A stretch of 55,810 nucleotides of DNA, counting the filler, from Platydemus manokwari (Eukaryota), in assembly GCA_037951405.1 (NCBI GenBank). It is 4 parts of 4 records of this genome, joined end to end, with 100 filler letters (N's around TTAATTAATTAA, not from the genome) between each part and the next. Parts side by side here need not be neighbours in the genome. Positions count along the whole stretch, not along the records: positions 1 to 12,567 come from JBBMOY010078901.1; 3 more parts are not named here. The stretch is one strand, 5' to 3'. Position 1 is the first letter of the stretch. Each line of letters starts with the position of its first letter. Position numbers and translations under genes: made by a program. Below are positions 1 through 12,667 of the stretch, one piece after another. The notes beneath the pieces were generated by a model, which had not been told where the DNA came from, did not search any database, and was given only the letters and a program-made list of their open reading frames with translations.

Positions 1-92
1 AGCATGCTTTGGATTTGAAGCAAGGGTATAAACTTGCATATCTCGATGAGCTACAACAGATTCTACAACTCCGTGCTGGAAACTAGCTTCAG

Positions 93-3000
93 ATTTGTCA
101 GAACGAACCAGATAGGAGGCGATCTGTATCAGAAATGACTGCACATATTGAAAAGGTATGTTATAGGATTTACGTTGTGGAATTTTGTAGAATCATGAAT
201 GTATTTATTTACAAATTTGAGGTTTTGGTTTTATTTCTTAAATCAATTTGTTGATAAGTTTATGTTTTGGAATAATTATTGTAAGAGATCTGTTGATATG
301 GAATCAAAATGTAATTTCAGCAGGTTGTCATGGTTCATTGGTAGATTTAAATATAGTAGTGTTAATTGGTTGAAATTCGAATCTGCTGGTAAGCGAATTT
401 GAAATGATACATTAAGAATCCTAACTGAGTCTGATGAGTAGAAGGGATTACCAAACCGGTTGTCAATAGTTTGATCACTAACCCCGCATACGCCTTACAA
501 ACACGGTGTTATTGAATTTATAATGAAATATTGTTTTAAACCGAATTATAGAATTTCCAAATCGATATCCTTTTTTCTCATTTTATTGAATTCTCATTTC
601 TGTAGAGATAATTTTTCAACGTTGTGTTCGTTAATTATTGGCATTCCTTTGTCGTTAAAACACAAATCATTTAATTTCAATGTTTTATTTTTGAATATCC
701 CTAATATTAAGTTTTGAAATCAAAAAATTCAAAAATATTATTATTGTTTATATTATTATTATTATTATTTTAAAAACAATTACAATTTTAAATAATTATA
801 TTTATTATTATTGCCAGCTTTTTAAAAATAAAATAAAATATTAAGGTTTTATTATTAATCATTTTTTCGTTAAGGGATTCTTTACATGGCTCAGTTTCTT
901 CTACATTGTGAGGTACACTTTATTTTACTCTTTATGTTTTCATCGTTTCATACATATGAATTACTCATTTTATTAAATTGTATTCTAATTCGAATTTTTC
1001 ATTGTATGGAAAGCTGAATAACATGTGGCATTTTTTTACAACCGAAGATATTATGAAACATAATTATCAAAATAAAATCTGAGTAATTTCTATCATTATT
1101 GGCTGGTTTAATATAAATGATTTAATTTTATTGGAATTAATAGATTGTGTTCTATCGTTTAGTGCGTAGGTCTGATATTGTGATTTTTAATATTTCTGAT
1201 GAGTTAAACAGTTTATTAAAAATCAATAATGTTTAATTTATCGGCTTAGATTAGTTTTTGTGATAATTTATGATTTTTGTTTAATGTATAATTTCCAATT
1301 CTGTCTGATACCGTTTTGTTATTAGCAGTTCGTTTTTGTATTATGTATGTGGAGATCTAAACATGATATTAGTTTAGTATTAGCTCTACGTTTGCTATGT
1401 CCTTGTTATAGAATTGACACGTGCTTTAGCATCAAGATAATATTTTATATAAATTCAATTTGAAAATTGTCCTTTATGATAAAATTAAATTAGTTATTGG
1501 TACATAAGGGTTTTAGTTGAAGTATCTATTGAACTTCAAGAAGCAATTATTATTCAATTAATTTTTATTATTATTTGTGGACTAAGACTTATATAAGTCC
1601 AGGAAAAATCAGAGAGTATCACAATTGGTAAGGGAGATTTTAGTGGGTTATTGAGTGTTATTGATTTACAGTAAATATATGAATGATAAGTTATTTATGG
1701 ATTTTATTGTTGATAACAATTGATAACAAAATCAATCAAACTGAATATTAATCAATCATCTATTGAGATCAGAAAGTACCGATCGATATTCTTTTAATAA
1801 AATACATTCCGAAGTAAGAACTGCCTTTTGTTGATATTTTTTAATGCGTAATAAGTATTTAGTGTGGTAAATTGCGAATGAAAGTTTGTTAAGTGCTTGT
1901 TTCCTGATACTATTACGTAATATTATTGGTATTGTTGATATGCGTTTTCAAAAACTCAAAGCGTTTCTTTACTTTTCCAAACTTTTTGAATGTTTTCTTC
2001 GCTTCTAGAGATATCTTATTTTTCATAGCACCTGGTTTTAGTAAAGGCTAGCAATTTAATTGGGTTCGCTCTCTTTGTTTTGTAGGATATTTCTACCTAA
2101 GTACTTTGCATTGTCTAAGAGGCTTCCTATCTAATGATTAATGTTTTCTAAAGTCAGAGTTGGATTGCCTATGTTATTGAAGTTCACAAACAAACATATA
2201 CCTATTCTTGACGAAGCCTTTTCTGACTGTTATATTTCGAAAAGCACTGCTTTTACTATTTGTAACGAACCAGTCCATCATTTTTTCACAGTTCTTAAAT
2301 GAATCAAAGTTCTATTGTGATTACATTTCTTTGCATTACTATTGCTTTATTCGATAAATGAATCTTAAATTATCACTTTCCATCTGTTTTTTCGTTATTA
2401 TGTCCCATGTTCATTCCGTTAGTACATTTGGAACGGGTCCTTTTGTTAATGTTCTTATATCTGTATGAATTCTAAGTGCCAAAGTGTTATATGATTATAA
2501 ATAATGATTTCTCTGGAAATTTTTCTATGACCAAAGAATAAATTTGAGATTTAAAATCATAAATTAGTAATAAAAACATTCACGTCGAAAAATATGAATG
2601 TGAAACATTCATTCTTCCAGGAACCGATTGTATTTTAATGGCAATATTAAACATGATAAATATTTCAGTGACAAAGATATTCGCGAAAAAGCCGGCAGTG
2701 ATGCTTATCAATATTTATTATTTCAAAGATACCTTATTTTCGTCAATGTTGTCATAACTATTATTTCATTGACGGTTATTTTACCAATTAATATGTACGG
2801 TAACGGTACAAGTAAGTTATTATTAATCATCATGATCTAGATATATTATAATTGATAAATGATAGCAATTAAATATGATAATTTCGTGGCAACCACTATT
2901 TTGAATCTCAAATCAACATCATCCATGATATGGGTACATGCCATCCTATCATTTGTATTTTTCTTGGGCATTATATTGGTTATATGGCATTACGTGACTA

Positions 3001-3146
3001 GACTGCAAATCACCAACGTCCAAGAGGTGTATCTTTACTTAGTTCCCTTATATTTAACTTTATTCTGCTTAGATATCCAATACTCTATTAATTGATGGAA
3101 TACCGAAACAATACAGTTTCAGAAGTATTGTTTTAGATCATTTTAA
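93..3146 (+). CDS. TMEM63: TMEM63/CSC1/OSCA-family mechanosensitive channel, N-terminal exons only (partial)
   Basis: Phase-consistent GT-AG exons: ~93-155 (5' edge uncertain), 875-912, 2669-2811, 2866-3026, 3073-3146. They splice to ...AHIEK|GFFTWLSFFYIVS|DKDIREKAGSDAYQYLLFQRYLI...VILPINMYG...TTILNL...MIWVHAILSFVFF...|ISNTLLIDGIPK...VLDHF, matching the TMEM63 pattern GFxSWL..D.EI..KCG.DA..YL.FQR..LPVN..TTI.N..LW.H..TLFI.G.P. No downstream exons were found. Confidence 0.88.
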
Positions 3147-4989
3147 GTAGGTTTTCATTGTTGAATATGGTTTCACGATTTATTTTGGTGTGAATTTCTA
3201 AGGTATACATTTGAATAACAATTGTTTATAATTTTGAATATAATTGATTTTGACTGGTAAGAATAGGGCCGCATATTTGATATTTATATGTGTATGGATT
3301 CGAATTTTTCAGTTCCATTATTAGAATATAATGATAACTGATGAAAATCATAGATTCACATTATTTTCAAATTTCTATGACTGTATGAAATGCTGTACTT
3401 TTGGCATTCAAGGTCATCACTGAAAAATATTCAAATACTTATTTGAGAAGCACTATTTAAATCTCTAACGATATGATTGTTCGTTGCCAAAATTTCTTCG
3501 ATTTTAATTTTCACATCAAAAGTGATGTTTTCATAAGATAATTCTTCTTGTTTAATTTTAAAATATTTAAATATAAATGTTAATAATTTTAAAAGTGAGA
3601 TGTTAACAGTAATTTTTTTAAACAAGATCATTTTATAAATATCAATATGGTATATTTATTTTTAATATTATTTTTTAAAAATATCTTTTAACTCAAATTT
3701 TTATAATTTTAATCTTATGTAAATTTTAATTATTTATCGTATTTTAAAATAAACCCCACACACTGATTGCAGACTTATTATTTATTAAAGATTTTTTTTA
3801 AAATGTCAATTTTGGCCAGTATATCTAAGGGTAAAATCTAGATTGAAAGTTCAATTAACGGTTATAGTTTTGAAATTTTATTTGATATTTAAAACGTGAC
3901 AACACAAAAATGTTTTACAATTTTTTAAACAAATTATTTGTTCTATTAATTGTACATTATTTCGAATTGCACCCCATAATTAATAAAAATTAATAATTAA
4001 AATTATTATTATTCTGTAATTGTAATAAAATAATTTTACTTGATAATTATGGGCGATTTTAGCAACTTAATTTTAGCTTTTTTCTTTATAATGATAATAT
4101 CAACAGTTTTTTTTCTAATATGCTCCACATTTCCTTTGGTTATATGGTTACTATTGGTAACGAGAAATGAGAAACACAATGTCTTAATAAACTGCTTTCA
4201 AAAACACACCTTAGAAATACAATATGATAATTTTTTGTTTAATTTATTTTACAAGTTATATTTCTTACGAATAAATATTACGTTTTATACAATTTTCGAA
4301 TATTATCCGTCGTTGCCTTTTGTAATTTAATAAAACTGAAATTCCAATTAATTTTTATTATTTAAGCATCGAATTGAAAATAACATTCCTGTAATTTGCA
4401 CTGGATTAAATGTTGTGTGTATATAATAGTATAACACACCAGTAATTTAAAGAATTAAGAAAACAAAATATAAACTAACCAAACTCATTAAATTAAGTAA
4501 AATAATCTAAAATAAACACGTTTACGATTGCATAAACGAGGTTTCTTTGACAACAAAAATGATACCATGGTAATTATTTAAATATCCAATGAAAGAATAG
4601 TCTAATCAAAGCTCAATAATATCGAAAGATTAGGATTTAAAAATTTTAATTCTAAAATACCGTGAGGAAATTTTAATCATACGCAAAAACTATCTTCTGT
4701 TGAACATAAATCTTAATTCTTAATTAACCATCACGAAATTCTCGATTAACGGGAAAATATTTAATTTTTGTCGTAATTTTCGTCATTTAGAAAAGCTTCT
4801 GACCCTTGACGTCGAATCAGTAAATTTCTTCATAATTCTTGTATTGATCAATACACTAATTACAAAATCTCAGCCCAAACTTGGCTTTCAACTGGCAGTT
4901 GTTCATCTTTACATCGATTTTTATATTCGCGATCTGTTAGTATCTTTTGTGTCATGTTGCATCATATTTTGATAAGATATTTGTTTTTC

Positions 4990-5225
4990 TCTGTTTTTAT
5001 TGGATTTTTAAGTTTTTACATGAGTGGGATTGGTCAATCCCTGTGTGTGTGATGTTGTGTAGCTATGCCCCCTTTCCAATTGTAGTTCACCATCTAACTT
5101 CATTATGATTGGCTGATTGCTATGCCTGTATGGCTATGTATGCATGCAAATGTTTAAAGTTCCAAACCAATGCTTCCAATGTGCAATTTCGTTTTTCTTT
5201 TTGCAGAATTTCATCTCACTTAACA
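4990..5225 (-). repeat. Dispersed LTR-like repeat, copy 1
   Basis: The reverse complement begins TGTTAAGTGAGATGAAATT. 5181-5219 is a 39-bp exact reverse complement of 46119-46157, and 5021-5160 aligns with 50010-50150 (GGATTGACCAATCCCACTCA shared). The 3' boundary is approximate. Confidence 0.7.
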
Positions 5226-6325
5226 AATCTCATAATATCACTTAATCGACGTTCTTTGAAAGAGAAGAGTCAAACTTTAATACACAAAGTATAAATATTA
5301 AAACTTAACGTAGATGTTGTACTAAATAAGACTGCTAAATTTGAAAAATTATTTAACGCATATTTAGTGAATTAAATGAAATCGAAAATTAATCGACTTA
5401 AATTTTCAATAATTCCAGGGGCTCATTTTCCAAATAAAAATGCCTTATTAAGGAGTAGAAATTACAAAAATGTTAAATAATATTTGTTTATGTTTGATGA
5501 CATCATTTTATTCATTTATTTTTAAAATTACGAATTATCTTAATATCATTTAAAATATTTTTGTCTGAATTTGCATTTGAAATCATTTTTAATAAATAAT
5601 TTTACAAGGGCATAATTCGAGAATGTTGTCCAATATTCTTGAATTTTTGAGTTTTTTTATCAATCTATTTTTATTTTAAAATGATATCATGAATCAGATT
5701 GATCCAATTAATATTAAACTATGTTATAAATAAATATTGTGCGTTATACGTAATTAATCTTGCAATAGGTCATCATTTGAAAAAATTTCATCTGTTCAGA
5801 ATTCTCAAAAAAATTAAGGTCTAGTTTGTTGAGTTAGTTTTTTCAATTTATTCCAACTTCAAATATATTTTAATATGGACTTATTAATAATATGTCGAAT
5901 TTCTATTAACTCAGTATGTCAGGATTATAAAGTTTTTGGTTAATTGTTTTAAGTAATTCAATGAAATAAAATATAAATATACGAGAAACCATGTAGTTTG
6001 TTTGAATAATGTGACTGAATATACTTTTGTTGGTTCAACTTCTTAATTCGTGTTCAATTCCTATTTAATAAAATGGTAACAACTAGCATATCTAATAAAT
6101 TATAATTTTTAACTAAATTTCACTAATTTGTTTATCAAGTTAAGAAGTTTTGTTTTGTAATATATGCAGTAGAGTGACGTAAATATATGCCCATATATTT
6201 TAATATAATTTTACTATAGTAATTTATATTTATAATCTTATAGCAATGGAACTTTTATCAATTAAATATTCTGATGTTACTCAATATTTTAGAAAACGAT
6301 GTTTTTAATAATGCTTATTAATCAG

Positions 6326-7181
6326 GCTTCATCACCAGATGAAAAAGCTTTCGTTGAAGCGAGTCGACGTTATGGTATTATTTATCATGGTGTAATAAAT
6401 GGGTCACATACTATTACCATTAATGGGAGAGTGATGACTTATAAAGTTCGTGAAATATTTGAGTTTGACTCGGATAGAAAACGCATGTCGTTAATAGTTG
6501 AATTTGCTGATGGTACAATAAGATTATACTGCAAAGGTGCTGAATCCAGTATGGTGTCAAAGGTAATTTATATTTTAGCTTTTCTTTGATAATCATTGAA
6601 ATAATCTTCGAGAATTTGGTTTAATGATATTATTATTCAAATTCTTGGAATGAAAATCAATTATTTATAATTAATATTTTGAAAGCTAATAAAACAAAGT
6701 TTGATTGATGTATATAAATACTAATATACCGATAAATCATTCAAATTTACAATAATCGTAAAATTTTACAGCTACAAAATGTTGATTATGTAATTTCAAA
6801 TAATTTGAGAATTTGCACTGTCGTAAAATGACTCTCTAAAATCATTGTCATTATTAATGATTAATATCAAATAAATTTCAAAATTTTTGACACTGTTGTA
6901 CTAAAATAATGATTTACGTTGTCATTTGTTTATGATCTTATGAGTTTCACAACACATACTTATTCAATCACCTACCTACTCAAGATATTTTCAATGACGA
7001 AATATCAAAACTATTTGATTTGAGATTCATTCCTAACAGTACTCGAAATTTTTATTCATTTTTGTGTTATTTGATTTTATTCGATTTTTATCTACACTTA
7101 CATATCAACTATTTTATTTTTATAACTCGAATGTTTGACGTTAAATGTGCGCAATATTTATTCCGTATTTTATTATTAATA

Positions 7182-7218
<37 letters not shown>

Positions 7219-10200
7219 TAATAATATTTTCATAAAATAAATCCAGCTATCTAACTGGGCTTAGTAGAGGTTCTCGCTTGTTTGTCTTCTATGTATATGC
7301 TGGATTTTTGGAGTCCATCCAAATGGTTTATGAAGTTCCTAATTCTAGTAATCCCAGGCTTCGAAACAATGTCCCTGGCTTTAGTATTTCTATTTCAAAA
7401 TTGAAATAAATGAAATAATTCACGAAACGGATACTTACAATAAACATGACATTATTATTATTCTTGTTATTATTATCACTTTATTATATTTTTCATGCAT
7501 TGAAATAACTTGACATAAACTTTGGCACATTCTATCATCATCAATCATAGATAAATAATAATTTTACTATGCTAAATATTTTCAAATTCCAAAATTATAA
7601 AAAATGAAACCCACTAAATAAATGCTGAAATAATTTTTTCATTCAAATAATCGAACTTTTATTTAATCTAAAAATTTTTTTGTTTGATACTATTTAAGTT
7701 GATGTGATTAATATAATTTCTAATAAAATTTTGCCATGTCTTTCACTTAAGCACCAATATCAATCCTACACGATCGAATGTAAAAGTCAACCAATGTGTT
7801 TATCTTTCAATTATGGATTACTGTTTGGTTCAAGGTCACTTTGTTGTTCTTTCACATTAACTATAATTTTACTTAAAATTTTATTATTAGTATTTTCTGT
7901 TGATTTAATTAATTTATGCATGACAGTCATATATGACTTTTCAGCTACTTCCTCCAATAGCCTTGGTGTCAATAAATATCTAGATTTACATATTTACATA
8001 CAACATTAAATAAATTCTCATTTTCTAATAATTAATAAAATTCGACAATTTCGAAGGCATCGTCCAGCATGGTATGTTATATTATTTTAATCTATTCCTT
8101 TGAAAGTTCAATAAATATATATATGAAATATTGATATGCCATTAATGTTTACAATTACCTGTAACATATCGTTGCGATCATATATGTTATAAGTGGATTT
8201 TTGCGGAATGTTTGATCAAAGACCTACATGTAACATTTCAGGTATGCCGGGGTTAAGCGTATTTGAAAAAATTCATGAAATAATTTGTTATAAAATGAGA
8301 ATTTTTCTATAAATATGTAAATAAACTACAGAAAGAAATGCCAATTTTTTTTAATTTACAAATTACTCGAACTATTGGGATAATAATAATTTGAGCTCGT
8401 GTATTTTTCGAGGTAGTACCAACTTAATTTTACATTTAATGATGATTTATTTTTATTTATATGAATAAAATATATATTGTATTGAATGCCGATTTTAAGT
8501 CGACTCGAACACTGCGATACAACTTCATATAAATAATCTTCGAAACTGAAATTTGTCAGTTTTATTTATGGATTAATCTATTAAAATATGAATTTATATA
8601 CAGCATGATTAATTTTCTCTTTGATTAACGTGAACAAAAACTTTCAAAAATAGTTGTTTTCTTTTATGATACTGTAATTTTATTGGTTGATTTTATTACA
8701 CACTCACACAATGACAAGTAATCAATAATTTAAATCGATTTGATATTTAATCTAGATTAACAATATTTAAACCAAAACTTCATAGAATTGAATCTTATAT
8801 TATTTTTATTTCTTATAATTAGATCAAATGTAAAGTTTTGTAAAATATAGTCACTAAAAATAATTACGTTAGTTTCAATGTCCTCAAATTGATAATGCAA
8901 CACTACTCAAATCACTAATATAAACAAATGGTATATGATTTTACAACCGTTCTCAATACACTTACATCTGTCAATATGTATGTACTCATTTCAAATCTGA
9001 CTTGGAGTAATTATATATACGTTTTTTAAAATTTTCTAAAAATCCGAGTGTTGTCATATTAATTTCCGATTGAAATTCGGCCACGGATGTAGGCAGGGTG
9101 AAAAATTGATGAGGTCTTCAAATGTCATGGAAACCAGTTGCAAAATTTTTTATCGAAAAATAAATAAATATTCTTGCAACCTAATTTTAAGCATTGTTTT
9201 AACTTTTAATTCTAATCTCACATAACGGATATTAAACTTTCTACTATTTGTTTTCAAATTATTCTATTTGTATTTACAGGCCTCAAAATCGTCAGAATGT
9301 GTATCACCTGATATTATAATGGAACATATCAATGAATACGCTAATTGTGGTTTACGAACATTAGTATTTGGTTATAAGGTGCTGTCAAGTGATGAAGCAA
9401 ATAACATCATTGAGCAAGTAAAGACTTGTAAAAAATCACTGCATAATTCCGATAACCTTATGGCTGAGTTGTATCAAAATGTTGAGTCGAATTTAATTTT
9501 AACTGGATGTTCTGGTGTAGAGGATCGATTGCAAGATGGCGTTAAAGAAACTCTAGTCGAATTACGTTTAGCGGGAATTAAGGTTAATATTTTATATATT
9601 TTCATACCTTGATTTGAAATGTACAATTTCTAATTATATGATAACAATTATTTAAGAATTATGAATATTTGATTAATTTATCATTATTGTTTGAAAATAT
9701 TATTGTCCTAAGGGTCTAACACAATAAGCGCATAATAAAATAATTGTATTTAGGAATTATTTTCCAATGCAACCCGTAAAGGAATAAATTCATTGTTAAT
9801 TTATCTCATCAGCTTTGTGATTGAAATAAAATTCATAAAAACAATCTTTTACAAATCTTTATCGTAGAATTACCCTTTAATTTACTTTTATCAAAATCCA
9901 TTTTCTTGTTTCTTAAAACCAAATACACTGAAAGTAATTATAATTTCGAAGTTCTATGTTGATTCAATGTGAGTTTTTTTTTAATACGAGTGTTTGAGTT
10001 CAAAGTTTTCTAATCTTCAACTGATCATGCCGGCACCTTCTTAAGGATTTAAAGGATTTTGATAATAATATAAATGACAAAAAGATTGTATTTACCACTA
10101 CAATTTATTTGTTAAAAATAATTTGAAATCAAATAGTAAATGATTAGGCATTTTAACAGTAAGAAACGATTACAATTTGATTTTATTATTCAATCGAAAA

Positions 10201-11247
10201 TAACTACAATCATTTGTCGAGATAATATGGCGATGAGTTGATATTATATTATAAAATATTTAGTGTTTCTCAGTAAATAAAATGAAATACTTCATTTTTA
10301 TTATAATATCTCGTTAGCTCGAGATCAAGATGATGCTACTTCTAATCACTTCTCTCCATTTATACTTTTGATAATTATTCCCAATTTTGAATAGGTTTGT
10401 TTAAATAACTTTTCTTGAAATCGCGAAAATATCTGTATAATTTTATTGAAAAAGTCATTCTTGTTTTGCCGATTATCTGTTTATCAAAATATCGAGACAA
10501 CTTGTAATAAATTAATGAAGTCCTTTGTAATTTAGAAAATAGTTATAAACTTCGTATTACAATGGAAAGTAATTTTATTAAAAATTTAGATTTTTGATGA
10601 ATGAGAATTAAAACACTCGATTAGTAGTGCATTTTTAAATGTCATTTTAAGTTAGAGCTCAATTTTGGTACAATTTTAAACTGCACCATCAATAGTATGG
10701 ATTTTTAGTTATATATTAAGATAAAAAAAATAATGCTTGTTGAACAATTTCCCAAAGGTTGTATCAATGAAGTTTCTTTGAATGAAAATATTTTATCGAA
10801 TAATAGTTATTAATAATTAATAAACTATAAAATCGTTTTCAAATAATTTATTTATGGGAATGATTTATAAAAAAAAGACTCAGATTATGTGGCTTAATAA
10901 ATATGAAAAATATTTTAATTACTTACTAGAGATAGTAAAAATATAATTATATTTCATGTCATTTGAATAATTGGTTATTTATAAGGATTTCAATATAAAT
11001 AAATCATTTGATTTAGGTGTGGGTTCTTACTGGCGATAAAGAAGAAACTGCTGTAAATATCAGTTATTCAGCTGGACATTTTGCTTCAAATATGCAAGAA
11101 ATGAGATTGACTAAATTGAAAAATCTAGATGAAGCTAGTAGGGCTCTTGAAAATCAATTGGAAAGATTAGAAAGAGCTAGTGCAATTCTTCCGGATGCTG
11201 CATACTGTTTGATTGTTGATGGAGCAGCATTGAAATTTCTTCTTGAG
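6326..11247 (+). CDS. ATP11: P4-type ATPase phospholipid flippase (ATP11-like), internal N/P-domain exons (partial)
   Basis: Three phase-0 exons: 6326-6562 (ASSPDEKAFVE, FEFDSDRKRMS, LYCKGAES), 9280-9582 (GLRTLVFGYK, GVEDRLQDGV, AGIK) and 11017-11247 (VWVLTGDKEETAVNISYS, LIVDG). These are diagnostic P4-ATPase motifs. Assignment to ATP11 rests on ASSPDEKA and CKGAES and is less certain than the family call. Confidence 0.9.
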
Positions 11248-12470
11248 GTGTAATATTGAAATTTGGAAATAATATTACTTAAATTATAATATATTAAAAA
11301 ATTAATAATAATAATAATAATAATGATAATATATTGCTTACTGTAAATAACATTAAAAAGCAACCTTTATTATTTCTGTTTCTGCTTTAATAAAGATAGC
11401 TAAAGAAAATGAAACATATTCGAAATAATAACTTCTCGGCTTTCCGTACATTAATTATTAAGATCAAAGACATAAAAATAAATTGTAAAAACAGCTATTG
11501 ATTTATATAGCTGATGAAAACAAGTTAGTTATCAATAAATAAAAGTCATCCACAACCCAAACCCAGTATTGCAATTTATATTTTATTTTAATTTATATAA
11601 AATTATAAACAATTCCTGAATTGAATTAGAAATTAAAAGCAACCAATTAATCAGGAAGCATTATTAATGTCTTATTCTTTGTCTAGAATGATATATTTTA
11701 CATAAATTGTCAAATCTTATTATATTTTAACTGACAGTTTTTTCTCTTAAACTAAATTCCTTGAACAATTTCTCGATTTTATCGTTTTGCAGTTTGTTTA
11801 AAAGAATTAATTTCATATTTATTTGGTAGTTTTACAATGAATTTTTGAAATCATATCTCATTGTTTCTAGATACTTTTAAGATGAGATTATAATTCAATT
11901 TTATTGTTTCCGAAATTTGTTAACTACATTACTCCACAGATTTTGTTTCAGATTTCAGTGCTCAACAATATTTTAGTAGATGTTATGCAAATTACCTTTC
12001 CGCAAATATATCTTCACCATATATCCTTTATATTCATTAAATCATTTTTAATTGATCACCTTTCATATATTTCTAAACAAGCCCTTCATTTCATTAAAAA
12101 AAAAGTGACTAAAATAAAATAAATATTTACTTAATTCTGATTTTATTTAATATTTCAATTTAAAAGGATACTTGCAGATGCTAATGTGTATTTAGAATTT
12201 CATGAAAGACTCAAACATAATTGTGGAGTTGTTTTTATCTTTCAATATTTAAAACAATTGATTTTCTCTCTATTTTTCTTTTTAATATATGTACTACTGA
12301 CAACATCTGGTTTATTTCTCTTTTAAATTATCCCTAGCATGGGACAAATAAATCAGACTGCTGTGACAGCATGAGCTATTATTTTAAAACAGTCTAACTT
12401 ATTGTTCATCAATGCAATTATCTTTTATTTTATTCAAATTTAATTCTTGGGTGCTAAAATTATATATATT

Positions 12471-12477
12471 CTCTCTT

Positions 12478-12509
<32 letters not shown>

Positions 12510-12548
12510 ATTTTTTTCCTATCTATCTTTCTCCTCTCAATGTCTCTC
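12471..12548. repeat. (CT)n microsatellite at scaffold end
   Basis: Imperfect CT dinucleotide run just before the N spacer. Confidence 0.85.
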
Positions 12549-12567
12549 ATTTTGTATACCCCAATTT

Positions 12568-12667
12568 NNNNNNNNNNNNNNNNNNNNNNNNNNNNNNNNN
12601 NNNNNNNNNNNTTAATTAATTAANNNNNNNNNNNNNNNNNNNNNNNNNNNNNNNNNNNNNNNNNNNN
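12568..12667. other. Artificial scaffold-joining spacer (44N-TTAATTAATTAA-44N)
   Basis: Exactly 100 bp. The 12-mer has stop codons in all six frames, and the structure is identical at 27756 and 40616. An ordinary N gap follows at 12675-12851. Confidence 0.95.

Noticed and set aside
3-92. In-frame TAG at 84-86 in an otherwise open frame upstream of the TMEM63 exon (possible readthrough or altered genetic code)
   Set aside because: AG acceptors at 86 or 92 explain it, the window edge prevents evaluation, and the intact genes splice cleanly under the standard code.
7700-8260. Possible piggyBac end (CCGGGG-TTAA) and adjacent ORF
   Set aside because: No matching opposite TIR or recognisable transposase motif.
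12612-12623. TTAATTAATTAA palindrome as a regulatory or piggyBac target site
   Set aside because: It is always centred in exactly 44+44 Ns, so it is a synthetic linker.
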